From Octopus vulgaris (lineage: Eukaryota): a stretch of DNA of 64,000 nt. The position numbers and the translations under genes were made by a program. How positions within the stretch are numbered: position 1 is the stretch's first letter; every line of letters starts with the position of its first letter. The notes under the pieces are model-generated. The model ran no database searches and was not told the origin of the DNA. It saw nothing but the letters and a program-made list of their open reading frames with translations. Below, one piece after another: positions 1 through 12,378 of this stretch. Where the stretch lies: positions 30,504,001 to 30,568,000 of the forward strand of contig OX597825.1 in assembly GCA_951406725.2 (NCBI GenBank), in the 5' to 3' direction.

Positions 1-620
1 CTCAACTTTGTTATGACTAATACTTTAATGTGTATTTGTAATGGGCTTGCTTGAAAATAAAAATGGCCTGATATTTCCTTTGTGAAGAATATTAGCCTTA
101 AAAGCCTCTTAATCTCCCAAAATGGCCCATTTCATGAATTAATAATGAACTATTAACATTCATCACATCCATTTGAAACAAACCATGCTCTTTTCCTTTT
201 TGCAACATTCAGCTACAATAACATTCACAACATCTATTCTCTTATCAGTTTCTGTTAATGCATCAAAACTCCCAAAACATTTGAATGATTAATCCATCAA
301 ATTGTTTTAGTTTGTGATGAACATTTTTAACTTTGATTTATTCTTCAAATCCATCCAAAAATTGTAAGGTATTACAGTCACTTGACTGCCAGTATCAACT
401 TGCATCTTAATGATAACATTATCAGGTTTTTCGCATTAAGCATTATAATATTTGTTACACCAATATCAAAAAGCAGAATCTTCATTTCTGATTTCTTCAA
501 TTTCTCCAATTTCTTCAATTTCTTCAACTTCTTTTTTTGTAACTTTACAGACTGCCGGAAATTGATTCTTTTTCCCCACATTTAATATAACTTTTCCCAT
601 ATTCATGCTATTTTGATGAT
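1..620 (-). mobile_element. Decayed Ty3/Gypsy LTR retrotransposon gag zinc knuckle + aspartic protease + linker
   Basis: Manual minus-strand translation across frameshifts: CGKKNQFPAVC (knuckle-like), IKMQVDTGSQVTVIPYNFW (DTGS at 385-396), KLKQFDG, HGLFQMDV, KANILHKGNIRPFYFQASPLQIHIK. Runs off the window start. Confidence 0.8.
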
Positions 621-1237
621 GCATGCTTATATTCACAAAAAAGCAGCATTTATAATCAGATATATATTTGATTACAACATATGACACAGTGATACCATCA
701 TGTCAGGAAGATTACCTTACCTTTCTAATTCATTATGCTTCAAGTGAAACTCAGAAATCATGCAAACCTATGGAATGAATTAAATGCATGCCTTAAACTT
801 TGGGTCATGTAGTTAAGATATGTGTTCATATAATTATCTGATGAGTGTATGTTATTAATGAGTTTCATTTGAATTATGTCATTATTTGCACTCGGCCCTT
901 GAATTTCAGTTTTATCAAAATTCCCTAAAATATAAGAATCAGTTAAAAATAACTTTGAGCCAGTTTAGTCAGATTTTAATGCTTGTGATAAGAATCTGGC
1001 TCTTTTGACAATTATTAATTTTGGGGTGGAGTGGACCAACAAATCTGCTTTTGATAAAAAAAAAATCCATTATTTGTTTTTATTATCATTATAGAGTTCA
1101 GAGTAATTTTGCTTCTGCTACAGTATAAAAGCACCACAACCAAGGACCTGCATTATCTGAGACATTAACTGGAGGTTTGTTGCTATTAACCAACGTCATG
1201 TTGAAGTTATTTCAGTTCAAATAAAGCTGTAGATACA

Positions 1238-1390
1238 TGCAGGTGTGACTGTGTGGTAAGAAGCATCCCTCTCATCCATATGGTCTTGGTTTCAATTCCA
1301 CGACACAGTACTTTGGGCAAGTGTCTTTTACTATAGTCCTGAGCTTTGTGAATGGATTTGGTAAATGGAAACTAAAAGAAACCCTTCATA
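1238..1390 (+). mobile_element. SINE family A, degenerate 5' part
   Basis: gcaggtgtgactgtgtggtaag...tttgggcaagtgtc...ggatttggtaaatggaaactaaaagaa matches the head of the full copy at 10102. Confidence 0.75.
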
Positions 1391-1570
1391 TCTCTCTTTC
1401 TTACCCACCCTTCCTCTCCCTCTTTTCTTCTCTTTCACACTAAGTAAACATGTCCTCTGCAGCAAGGCATCTGTTTCTGTCTCTCTGTCACACTCTAACC
1501 TTTTATCATCTGACACAAAATCACCTCCTTCGATGCCTCCTTCCCTTTCGATATATATGTATATTTAAAG

Positions 1571-1888
1571 ACTCCGCCGGTTACAACGACGAGGGTCCCA
1601 GCTGATACGATCAACGGAACAGCTTGCTCATGAAATTAACGTGCAAATGGCTGAGCATTCCACAGACACGTGTACCCTTAACGTAGTTCTTGGGGATAAT
1701 CAGCGTGACACAGAGAGTGACAAGGATGACCCTTTGAAATACAAGTACAACTCATTTTTGCCAGCTGAATGGACTGGAGCAACGTGAAATAAAGTGTCTT
1801 GCTCAAGGACACAACGCGTCGCTGGGAATCGAACTCACAACCTTACGATCATGAGCCGAATGCCCTAACCACTAAGCCACGCGCCCTC
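1571..1888 (-). mobile_element. tRNA-derived SINE group B (head B2 + tail T1)
   Basis: Reverse complement has A box (tggcttagtgg) and B box (gttcgattc), then gttgtgtccttgagcaagacac; tail shared with 4537-4910. Confidence 0.9.
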
Positions 1889-1907
1889 ACTTATATGTAT
1901 ATATATA

Positions 1908-2006
<99 letters not shown>

Positions 2007-2104
2007 CATATATATATATATAAGCACGCACAGACACACACACACACACATATATATATACATACATATATATACACACACACACATATATATATATATT
2101 TATG

Positions 2105-2315
2105 TGAGCATGTTTGTATTTGTATTTGTCTCCCCACCACTGTTTGACAACCGGTGTTGGTTTGTATACAGTCTTGTAACTTAACACTTCAGCAAAAAGT
2201 GGCCAATAAAATAAGTACCAAGCTGTAAAAGATAAGTCGATTTGTTTGACTAAAAAATATTCAAAGCAGTGCCCCAGCATGGCCACAATCCAAAGTCTGA
2301 AACAAGTAAAAGGTG
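2105..2315 (+). mobile_element. SINE family A, 3' half
   Basis: tttgtctcccc...gacaaccggtgttggt...gtgccccagcatggccaca...tgaaacaagtaaaag. Confidence 0.85.
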
Positions 2316-2513
2316 AAAAATAATACTTTATATTGAGAAGCTTTACTTAACTGAATGTCCAAGAACTTTACCATTGACCTGAACTGGCAGCCCCAATAGA
2401 CATCTTTGATTATGTGTAAACATGTAAAACGCAAGCAATGCTAGAATAATTTTAGAATAACAATGACACATCACAGTGAATAAGAAATATATTATTACAA
2501 GATGGATAATTTA

Positions 2514-2724
2514 TACTCTTTTACTCTTTTACTTGTGTCGGTCATTTGACTGCAGCCATGCTGGAGCACCGCCTTTAGTTGAGCAAATCGACCCCAGTAC
2601 TTATTCCTTGTAAGCCCAGTTCTTATTCTATCGGTCTCTTTTGCCGAACCGCTAAGTGACGGGGAAGTAAACACACCAGCATTGGTTGCCAAGCAATGCT
2701 AGGGGGACAAACACAGACACACAA

Positions 2725-2757
<33 letters not shown>

Positions 2758-2924
2758 CATATATACGACAGGCTTCTTTCAGTTTCCGTCTACCAAATCC
2801 ACTCACAAGGCATTGGTCGGCCTGGGACTATAGCAGAAGACACTTGCCCAAGATGCCACACAGTGGGACTGAACCCGGAACCATGTGGTTGGTTAGCAAG
2901 CTACTTACCACACAGCCACTCCTG
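2514..2924 (-). mobile_element. Full-length SINE family A (tRNA head, CORE-like ttgggcaagt motif, internal TA/CA microsatellite, AGAGTAA tail)
   Basis: High similarity to the reverse complement of 10102-10515. Confidence 0.95.
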
Positions 2925-3249
2925 ACTTTTGAATTATATTATCTGTTCATTCTGGTGTAATCTACTTGGCATAAATATATAAGCTGTTGCAATATGGATT
3001 ATATATGGATCTTCTTAAACATTAGACAGCTGGTAACATTAATCATTCATTTTTAGGTGTGCAAAATAATGTAAAAATCATTTTTTAAATAATCAACATT
3101 ATCATGAAAAAACAAGCATTTTAACATGTAGCATATTTCTAATACTTCTTAGGAATAAACTTTAAAAACTGAACCTTACATAAATTTATACCAAATGTAC
3201 GAAGTTTTATATTTTTAAGTTTTACTAACCTCTTTATGTTTTATTTAGC

Positions 3250-3720
3250 CACACACACACACATAAGTGTGTATGTATGTACATATGTAGGTATTATGTA
3301 TGTCTGTACCTATTTATGTATGTAATGAATGTGTGTAGGTGTATGTGTGTGTGTGTGTATGTATAAATGTACACCGTATGTATGCACACACACACGCATT
3401 TAAATACACACATACACATATATAGTGTGTATGTATGTATTATGTAGGTATGTATGTCTGTATCTATGTATGTGTGTAATAAGTGTGTAGAGGTAGTTGT
3501 TTGTATGTAAGTATAAATGTACACCATATGTATGCACACACACACACGCACAAATACACACACACACACATACACACACACACACACATACGCACAAGTG
3601 TGTATGTATGTATGTATGTATTATTTAGGTGTGTATGTCTGTATCTACATATGTATGTAGTGAATGTGCATAGGAGTATGTGTGTGTGTGTATGTATGTA
3701 TAAATGAACACTATATGTAT

Positions 3721-3758
<38 letters not shown>

Positions 3759-3780
3759 ACAAACACATGCACACACATTT
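3250..3780. repeat. Three degenerate ~160-175 bp tandem units built from TATG/CA microsatellites
   Basis: Recurring tatgtctgta(c/t)cta and gtataaatg(t/a)acac...gtatgcacacac blocks; units start near 3265, 3424 and 3597. Confidence 0.7.
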
Positions 3781-4229
3781 TAACATTCAAAATTCTGTTT
3801 TCAGAAGAGCAAATAAAATGCCAAAGATAAAGTTTAAAAATGCAACAAATTTATCAAAATAACTCTAATAAAAAATTTGAAGGAAGATAAATCTTTTGCT
3901 TCCCTTAACAAGAAGGTAACCACTCCAGCAAATAGCACAAAATACACAATTTATTATAGAGTATATCACTACTGAAACACTTAAAACACACATGTATTTA
4001 GTAGGAGAATACTTGACAACATAAAATGGTACTTTAAGAAATATATTATCGCATTAGCATAGGCATAGCTGTGCAGTTTAAGAAATTCTTACTATTTAGC
4101 ACCTTGGTCAAATTCTTCTATAATAGCCCAAGTTCAGCAACAAAATCTTATGAATTGATTTGGGCAATGGAAACTGAAACAATTTCGTTGCAAATGTATT
4201 TATTTAAGTATGTGTGTGTGTGTGCATAC

Positions 4230-4270
<41 letters not shown>

Positions 4271-4273
<3 letters not shown>

Positions 4274-4348
4274 AATAGTAAGAAGTGAAAAAACTACAGA
4301 AGACTTGTTTTAAAAGGTTCTGTAGTTTTTTCACTTCTTACTATTTTC
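4271..4348. repeat. Perfect 31-bp-arm hairpin between (TA)n arrays
   Basis: 4271-4301 is the exact reverse complement of 4318-4348; 16-nt loop. Confidence 0.95.
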
Positions 4349-4388
4349 TATATATTCAACCACGTGCTTTCAAAAACCAACTTTCTCA

Positions 4389-4459
<71 letters not shown>

Positions 4460-4498
4460 GTATAAATATATATATATATATATATTTATACGTATATA

Positions 4499-4531
<33 letters not shown>

Positions 4532-4536
4532 GAAGT

Positions 4537-4909
4537 ACTCCGTCGGTTACGACGACGAGGGTTCCGGTGATCCGATCAACAGAACAGCCTGCTCGTGAAA
4601 TTAACGTGTAAGTGGCTGAGCACTCCACAGACACGTGTACCCTTAACGTAGTTCTCGGGGATATTCAGTGTGACACAGAGAGTGACAAGGCCGGCCCTTT
4701 GAAATACAGGTACAACAGAAGCAGGAAGTAAGAGTGAGAGAAAGTTGTGGTGAAAGAGTAGAGCAGGGATCACCACAATCCCCTGCCGGAGCCTCGTGGA
4801 GCTTTAGGTGTTTTTGCTCAATAAACACTCACAACGCCCAATCTGGGAATCGAAACCGCGATCCTACGACCGCGAGTCTGCTGCCCTAACCACTGGGCCA
4901 TTGCACCTC

Positions 4910-4910
<1 letters not shown>
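4537..4910 (-). mobile_element. tRNA-derived SINE group B (head B1 + tail T1) inserted in (TA)n
   Basis: Reverse complement begins ggaggtgcaatggcccagtggttagggcagc...gtttcgattccc; CpGs well retained, so probably young. Confidence 0.93.
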
Positions 4911-4966
<56 letters not shown>

Positions 4967-5128
4967 CTTATTATATGTAGAAAAAATACAAACTGGGACA
5001 AGAACGCAAAACACTTAGAAGACGATACAAAAAACACGGACGGGACATTCGAAGCCCTCAATCTTCAGTCAAGAACCGGATCATCGTAGCAATTTCGGCT
5101 GATATTTATACGTATATATATATACACG

Positions 5129-5171
<43 letters not shown>

Positions 5172-5172
5172 C

Positions 5173-5215
<43 letters not shown>

Positions 5216-5458
5216 AAGTTTTTTATGCCATTATGCTCTCACACACAAAACACAACCACATGGACTCTGTTGAGACTAGTAAGAAGCAATTATGAACTTT
5301 TTATTACACTTAGTTTTTTAAAATATTTTTGATTAGGTTCACTTTTTTAAGAACCAAAACATGCAAAATCTCTCAGAAAATTAAAATTTATTTTATATAG
5401 TGGCGTTTTCAAACTTCTTTTTTATAAATATATACCCACTCGTATGCAACCTACACTT

Positions 5459-5554
<96 letters not shown>

Positions 5555-6199
5555 TATAGATATAGATATACACGCACACACAATTGTCAGGTTACTTTTA
5601 ATGCAACAATAACATGTATCTCTATACAACTTGTGATATGGTCTGGCCTTCAGTGGCTCAACTGGTAGCCTGACCAAACATCCATGGTAAGGGCAGTCCA
5701 CAGGATGAAAAGCAAAGCTTGTCAAGAGAAGGATGAAATCAGTAGAGTCAACAGTCATCCAGCAGCTGACAGTGAGAGATCCCTATATTTTGCTTAGACA
5801 TCTTACTAAGAAAGGAAATTCCCAGATTAGCACCCACGTCATTGTAAAACTTGAGATCTTGCTCTTGATTGTTTCTGGACTGCTTTGATTTGTATGGAAG
5901 AGTCTAAACCATGTTATGATAACTGTTATTGACGTTATATGTCAGCACAGGCATTGCTAAGAGGCATTGTCTTTAACATCTAGGATAAGATAATTTGTCA
6001 ACAATAGTTATATATATTTAGAAGCTGACAACCTTCATTTATGTATATGCATGTATTGGTATGTCATTATTCAGTTTCTTGTCAATAGAGAAAGAACTGG
6101 TTTCTAACCTAGATCCAAGGCTCCTTCATTGGAATTTCAACATCAACAACAGGGTATTTTTGTATGTATGTATGTATGTATGTATTTATATTTGTTTGT

Positions 6200-6592
6200 A
6201 TGTATGTATGTATGTATGTATGTATGTATGTATGTATGTATGTATGTATAAACAGATTTGTATGTTTTATGTATGTATTCTCATGCACATAGTTGCACAA
6301 CTAGACATGCTCATATATAATTAAAGGATAAACTTCTGGAAAGTTTTACAGATTTTTACAGTTCTAATGATGGATTGGATCTGTATTTTTCGAATTAGGT
6401 TTCTCCTTTCTGGTTTTGAGAAGCCTAATTTCTCAAGGTTGGTATTAAAGCAGTGTGTTATATATCCCAAGGCCCCAATAATTACAAGTATAACTGAACT
6501 TGTAATCTGGATAGAGTAACTGCAGATTTCTCAATTGTTCAGCATAGGTGCTCTCTTTTCTATTGATATTCAGCTTTATGTTAACATCCACT
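6200..6592 (-). mobile_element. 3' end of an RLE-type (R4/Dong-like) non-LTR retrotransposon with (TACA)n tail
   Basis: Minus translation DVNIKLNINRKESTYAEQLRNLQLLYPDYKF followed by a frameshifted IIGALG-like motif; ends in (TACA)n. Confidence 0.75.
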
Positions 6593-6596
6593 ATAC

Positions 6597-6835
6597 ATGT
6601 ATGTATGTATGTATGTATGTATGTATGTATGTATGTATGTATGTATGTATGTATGTATGTATGTATGTATGTATGTATGTATGTATGTGCAGATTTGTGT
6701 TTTATGTATGTATTCTCATGCATACCGTTACATATCTAGACATGCATATATATATTTAAATAATAAACTTTTGGAAAGTTTTTACAGATTTTTACAGTTC
6801 TAGTGATGGATTGGATCTGTAGTCTTTGAATGAAG
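6597..6835 (-). mobile_element. Second, shorter tandem copy of the same (TACA)n-tailed element
   Basis: 6689-6825 repeats 6254-6385; minus translation IQRLQIQSITRTVKICKNF. Confidence 0.8.
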
Positions 6836-7914
6836 GTATGTATGCATGTATATATATGTATGTATATATGCATGTATATATGTATATATATATATATGCA
6901 TGTACATATGTGTGTGTATGTATGTGTGTGCACATGCATACACATTGTGCTTATATGTTTGTTTACATTTGCATTCTGCAAAAGTCACAAGCTATGAGCA
7001 CTGTTACTGCAATTCTCCTGTCAACAAAGCATCAACTCACTCCACACAATTGAAGACATGAAGCAAGAGGCCTCTCACTTGAAAATGAGATAGAGAATTA
7101 GCAGCAGCAAGAGCCTCCAGCTGTAAAACGTAATGTCAATAATATATTCGTCGACCCCATACTGTCATGGAAAAATAAACATAAAAGGGAACAAACACCA
7201 ATCTCAGAGGGCCTGCAAAGATCATTATTAGAGCACCACTTTCTCTTGGCAAAATCATTAAGAGATAATATTCATAAAACACCAACAAAACTAAATTCTA
7301 TACATGCAAAATGATATCGTTCTTCTAATGTCAATTCATAATTAAAAAAAAGATTAAATGACGTGAACTGATATTAACAGGATTATTTGTTTTCTTTATT
7401 TTTTAAATTTGTATCTGATAAAAATAATTAGCAATGAAAATCTTATAATATTTACACCTACACTTAGTTTTGATCACGCTGCTCTTCAATCATAAAATTA
7501 ATAATCAGCTGTATTTTTTTTATGATACTTGACTGGATTCCAAGAAAATCTATATTTAATTTGAAGTTTATTGTAGTTTTATTCATGAAATTCTTAGTTT
7601 TAAATGCATCTGTTACTATGTTCGCATCCATAGAAAAGAACACTGGCTGAAGACAACTGGAGATGAAAACCAATCAAAAGCAGGTACAAATATTTTGCCT
7701 TTCCTTGGGTCCTCAATGTCTAAGGGTATCGGAAAGCAATTTTATTATGATACATGATACTTTTTGAGTATCTTTAAACCTGCTGAAGTTTATCTCTCTT
7801 CAGATCTGACTATAGGTGATCTCATCCAGGCAGATAAAAAGACAGATGGGCAGAGACAAAGAAAGAAAAACAAGAAAGACAGATAGAGCAAAGAAAGAAG
7901 GAGAGAAAAATTGT

Positions 7915-8390
7915 CACCAGTACTAGACTGATGCTTGATTTATTAACCCCAAAAGGATGAAAGGCAAAGCTGACAGGCAGCAAAAACCCTGAGAGAATCA
8001 AGTCTGTTGGTTCGAGGAGCACAACTGTTCAACTCCATTCCGGTACATGTCAGAAATCTATCAGGATGCAGTGTGGAATCATTCAAATTGCAACTGGATA
8101 GACACTTAAGCACCATTAGAGATGAACCCCATCTCCCAGGATATACACAACGAGCACAAACTGACTCAAACTCGCTCCTACACATGTCAAAATTAAGCAG
8201 AGAATACAACCTGGCAACCACACCAGACTCTGAGGGTGGAGTCTTCGACTTGGCCTGAGCATGGACTCAAACCCAAATGAAATGAAATGAAATGACAGTG
8301 GCAGAATATGAACTCAGAGCGCAAAGAGGTTGGGATGGATACTGTAATAAGTTCTACACAACAATCTAATGATTTTGTCAATTTGCTGTA
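7915..8390 (-). mobile_element. Degenerate SINE family C interrupted by a CR1-like fragment
   Basis: aaaggatgaaaggcaaagctgac at ~7952-7974 resumes as ggcagaatatgaactcag at ~8300. Confidence 0.6.
8003..8295 (+). mobile_element. CR1/L2-like LINE 3' end with (AAATG)n tail
   Basis: ORF VRGAQLFNSIPVHVRNLSGCSVESFKLQLDRHLSTIRDEP has the typical CR1-group C-terminal pattern; tandem AAATG tail. Confidence 0.8.
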
Positions 8391-8522
8391 GATGTAAATA
8401 TGATAAAAATGTTTTAATTGAAAAATTGAAGAGTTTTAAATATTATCTTTACAGGAGAAATATTTAAAACATTTATTCACTTTTATTGAAAGTCGTCTAG
8501 AAGCTGTCTGATTCTCTCCTAA

Positions 8523-8718
8523 CCCTTTTGTTACCATATTTCTGTTGAGATGCTCTCGGTTTCATTCAATTAATTTTAAATATAACAAAGAATTTAGTAA
8601 AATTACTTAGTTATCATTAAGCTTTGTTTGTTGGAAAATTTTAATTCAGAACTTTTGAAAACAAGACATTTCTATTACAAAACCAGGGGTGGTTTCAGGT
8701 GGATTGGTAACAAAAGGG
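8523..8718. mobile_element. piggyBac-type MITE
   Basis: TIRs cccttttgttacca / tggtaacaaaaggg; TTAA on the right, CTAA on the left. Confidence 0.75.
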
Positions 8719-9377
8719 TTAAAGCAACATAATGTTGGAGTGACTGAGTCTGTGACCATGTGTTGGAATGGGTGCAAATATATCAAGAAAGAGTCTTGCA
8801 TTGGGCTCTCAAATAAGCAAAGGTGTTGTAGGGATGCCATGGTGATATGATAGTGAGCCTTGGGCATTTTTAGAGCATCCTTCTATAGGTCTTACCTCAG
8901 CTTTTATCTATCACAAGATAAAAAGACAAACATCAGACAGAAAGAAAATGTACACGGAAGAGAAGAATTAATCTCACTAAATGACTGGCACTTCAATGAT
9001 TCCTAAAGTATAAAAGACAAAGTTGACCTGGGTAGGATTTGAATTCTGGGTGTGAAGAACCAGAATAACTACATCTTTATCTGATGTTCAAACCCCTCTA
9101 CCTCTTGGGCACATATACATACATATATACATGCTGTATAAATATATACATATTTATATAATACACACACACATTTGTATATATATATATATATATACAT
9201 ATATATATTTATGTATGTGTATATATATATATGAATTAGAGAAAAACCACTATTATGCAATTCAAACAATGATAGACATAAACCAAATCATAAATAGAAA
9301 ATAATATATATTTTTTTAAACATACAACTAGATCACAAAAAGTATAAAAATGAATATATATATATAAATTGCACTCC

Positions 9378-9435
<58 letters not shown>

Positions 9436-9674
9436 AACATGTATATATATATATATATATGTATACATCTTTTAAATTCGGTTATGGTAACGTTAAGGGT
9501 ATGCAGATAAAGCCCGATGAAATGAATGAATGGTGATGATCAACCAGATACCCACAGATAATACAGACTATACTGCACTAAACCCTAGGATACTGACTCT
9601 GACGTCAAAATCATGTGATTTGTAGCAATGTACGATGAATTAACTATTTATAAATTCCATCCTAGAATTGTTAC

Positions 9675-9801
<127 letters not shown>

Positions 9802-9889
9802 ATGGATAATGAAATGAATAGTTTACACCTAGTGGCTTACTAGTATGGCACGGTCAATTTCACAGTGATCGTTAGCTATAAGGCAATTG

Positions 9890-10937
9890 AAAGACAGAAG
9901 ATGGAATATACGAGAATTTATTATTAATCATGATAATTGTTTTGACACATCTAGCATCGATTCCTCATGGGTGGGACACTCAACAACTCGTTCAGGATCA
10001 TCCAGGGGTACAGATATATCTCGTTGGGTGATAAATAGATACAACTCGTTAAAATAACAGTTCTGCAATGTAACTTCTCGTTTTGTAGAAAAAAAAAGCA
10101 AGGCGCAGGAGTGGCTGCGTGGTAAGTAGCTTGCTTACCAACCACATGGTTCCGGGCTCAGTCCCACTGCGTAGCATCTTGGGCAAGTGTCTTCTGCTAT
10201 AGCCCCGGGCCGACCAATGCCTTATGAGTGGATTTGGTAGACGGAAACTGAAAGAAGCCTGTCGTATATATGTATATATATGTGTGTGTGTGTATGTGTG
10301 TGTGTCTGTGTTTGTCCCCCTAGCGTTGCTTGACAACGGATGCTGGTGTGTTTACGTCCCCATCACTTAGCAGTTCGGCAAAAGAGATCGATAAAATAAG
10401 AACTGGGCTTACAAAGAATAAGTCCCGGGGTCGATTTGCTCGACTAAAGGCGGTGCTCCAGCATGGCTGCAGTCAAATGACTGAAACAAGTAAAAGAGTA
10501 AAGAGTAAAGAGAGTAACCAGACAAAGGAGATATCTTCATTTATATAGAAGATCAAAAATAAAGTCCCAGATGGAAAAAAGAGAAACGAACACCCAATCC
10601 AGCATATATGTGTTTATATTTTTTTTTAATACTTTTCTCGCTGGATTGTGTGTTCATTTCTCTTTTTTCCTGCTGTAACTTTATTTTTGATCTTGTATAT
10701 AAACGAAGATATTTCCTCTGTTTGGCCACTTTTCTTTTTACAAGATGAGAAGTTACATTGCAGGACTGTTATTTTAATGAATTGTATATATTTATCGCTT
10801 CACAAGATGCATTTTCACCTCTGGATGCTCCTGAACCAGTAGTTGAGTGTCCTACCCACGAGGGACCAATGTTAGATGTGTCAAAACAATTGTCATGATT
10901 AATAATAAATTCTAGTATATTCCATCTTCCATCTTTC
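9890..10937. repeat. Foldback inverted repeat (~290-bp arms), left arm interrupted by a SINE
   Basis: 9890-10098 plus 10517-10603 is the imperfect reverse complement of 10641-10937. Confidence 0.88.
10102..10515 (+). mobile_element. Full-length SINE family A
   Basis: ggcgcaggagtggctgcgtggtaag (A-box-like), catcttgggcaagtgtc (CORE-like), internal TA/TG repeat, gactgaaacaagtaaaagagtaaagag tail. Confidence 0.95.
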
Positions 10938-10950
10938 CTTTACCATATAT

Positions 10951-10983
<33 letters not shown>

Positions 10984-10986
10984 TAT

Positions 10987-11153
10987 CATCATCATCATCA
11001 TCGTCGTTTAACGTCCGTTCTCCATGCTAGCATGGGTTGGATGGTTCGACCGGGGATCTGGGAAGCCAGAAGGCTGCACCAGGCTCCAGTCTTATCTGGC
11101 AGTGTTTCTACAGCTGGATGCCCTTCCTAACGCCAACCACTCCGTGAGTGTAG
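10987..11153 (-). mobile_element. RTE LINE 3' terminus with (GAT)n tail
   Basis: Matches the 3' end of the RT-bearing copy at 47304-47470 and is near-identical to 45630-45790. Confidence 0.9.
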
Positions 11154-11289
11154 TCATATATATGTATGTACACACACATATATATATATGCATTACATAT
11201 ATATGTGTGCGTGTATATGTGTATGTATATATATATTTATATATTATCTATATGCACATTTATATATATACATATATATATATATAAAT

Positions 11290-11321
<32 letters not shown>

Positions 11322-11480
11322 TTATATCTTAATATATTTATATATTTATATATATATTTATATATATATATGATATGCTCAGACATAATATTAAAAGTTA
11401 CAGGAACATAATAAAACTTCTGCCATTATTCATTATTTTTGCTTTTACAAAAAGCTTAAAAATTGTGAATTGTATGTAAA

Positions 11481-11518
<38 letters not shown>

Positions 11519-12082
11519 CACGAGTGAGTGTGTGTGCATGCACATGTGAGTACTGGTCTGTGTGTGAACCCATCCAACCAACAGAATTAGATTAACAAAT
11601 AAATGTCTTTCTATTTCATTTTCCTGTAAAAACAGACTATAAGTGAGCTGTATTCCGAGATTGATTCTGTAATATATATTGGTAGCAATTTTATAGAACA
11701 GATAAATACTTGAGGAATCTGCTACTTATTGAAATAGTATTAAAAACCTTTATAAATGCATGTGTATATATATATATAAAAATTTTTAATACTATATATA
11801 AATATGATGATATATGTTTATACATAGACACACACACACATACTCTCTTATGCACACACTCACACACACACACATATAAATACATATAAAATTATAGATA
11901 TATCAATGATGAGATACTGCACATCGCACTTAATGGTTTCTTTTCCTAAGCAATTGACTTATAATGCTTCCTGTGTGATTATTTGGCCATACAGTGCACA
12001 AGTTAAGTTTTCAATGATAAAAGCATACAGTATCTATTTCACCAAATTGCTGCTGCTGTTTTTGTTGTGATTATTATTACTA

Positions 12083-12138
<56 letters not shown>

Positions 12139-12293
12139 TTATTTAAATTTTTTGAGATATAAGCAAGAATTTTTTGTGGGGTCAAATAAATGTCCTTCTC
12201 TTTTTTTTTCTGTGTTTTGTTGTCTGTATACAAATCAATGATGTATGCACACATAGTTATTATTATTATTATTATTATCATTACTATCATTAC

Positions 12294-12324
<31 letters not shown>

Positions 12325-12338
12325 GTTATTATCATTAC

Positions 12339-12377
<39 letters not shown>

Positions 12378-12378
<1 letters not shown>

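Noticed and set aside
1840-1888. tRNA-like A/B boxes here and at other SINE heads
   Set aside because: SINE heads, not tRNA genes; they continue into SINE bodies.
4960-5103. CpG-rich fragment between (TA)n arrays with minus-strand ctgaaga and gccgaaattgct
   Set aside because: Possibly a Penelope-type terminal fragment, but the two motifs are in the wrong order for one hammerhead and the piece is truncated.
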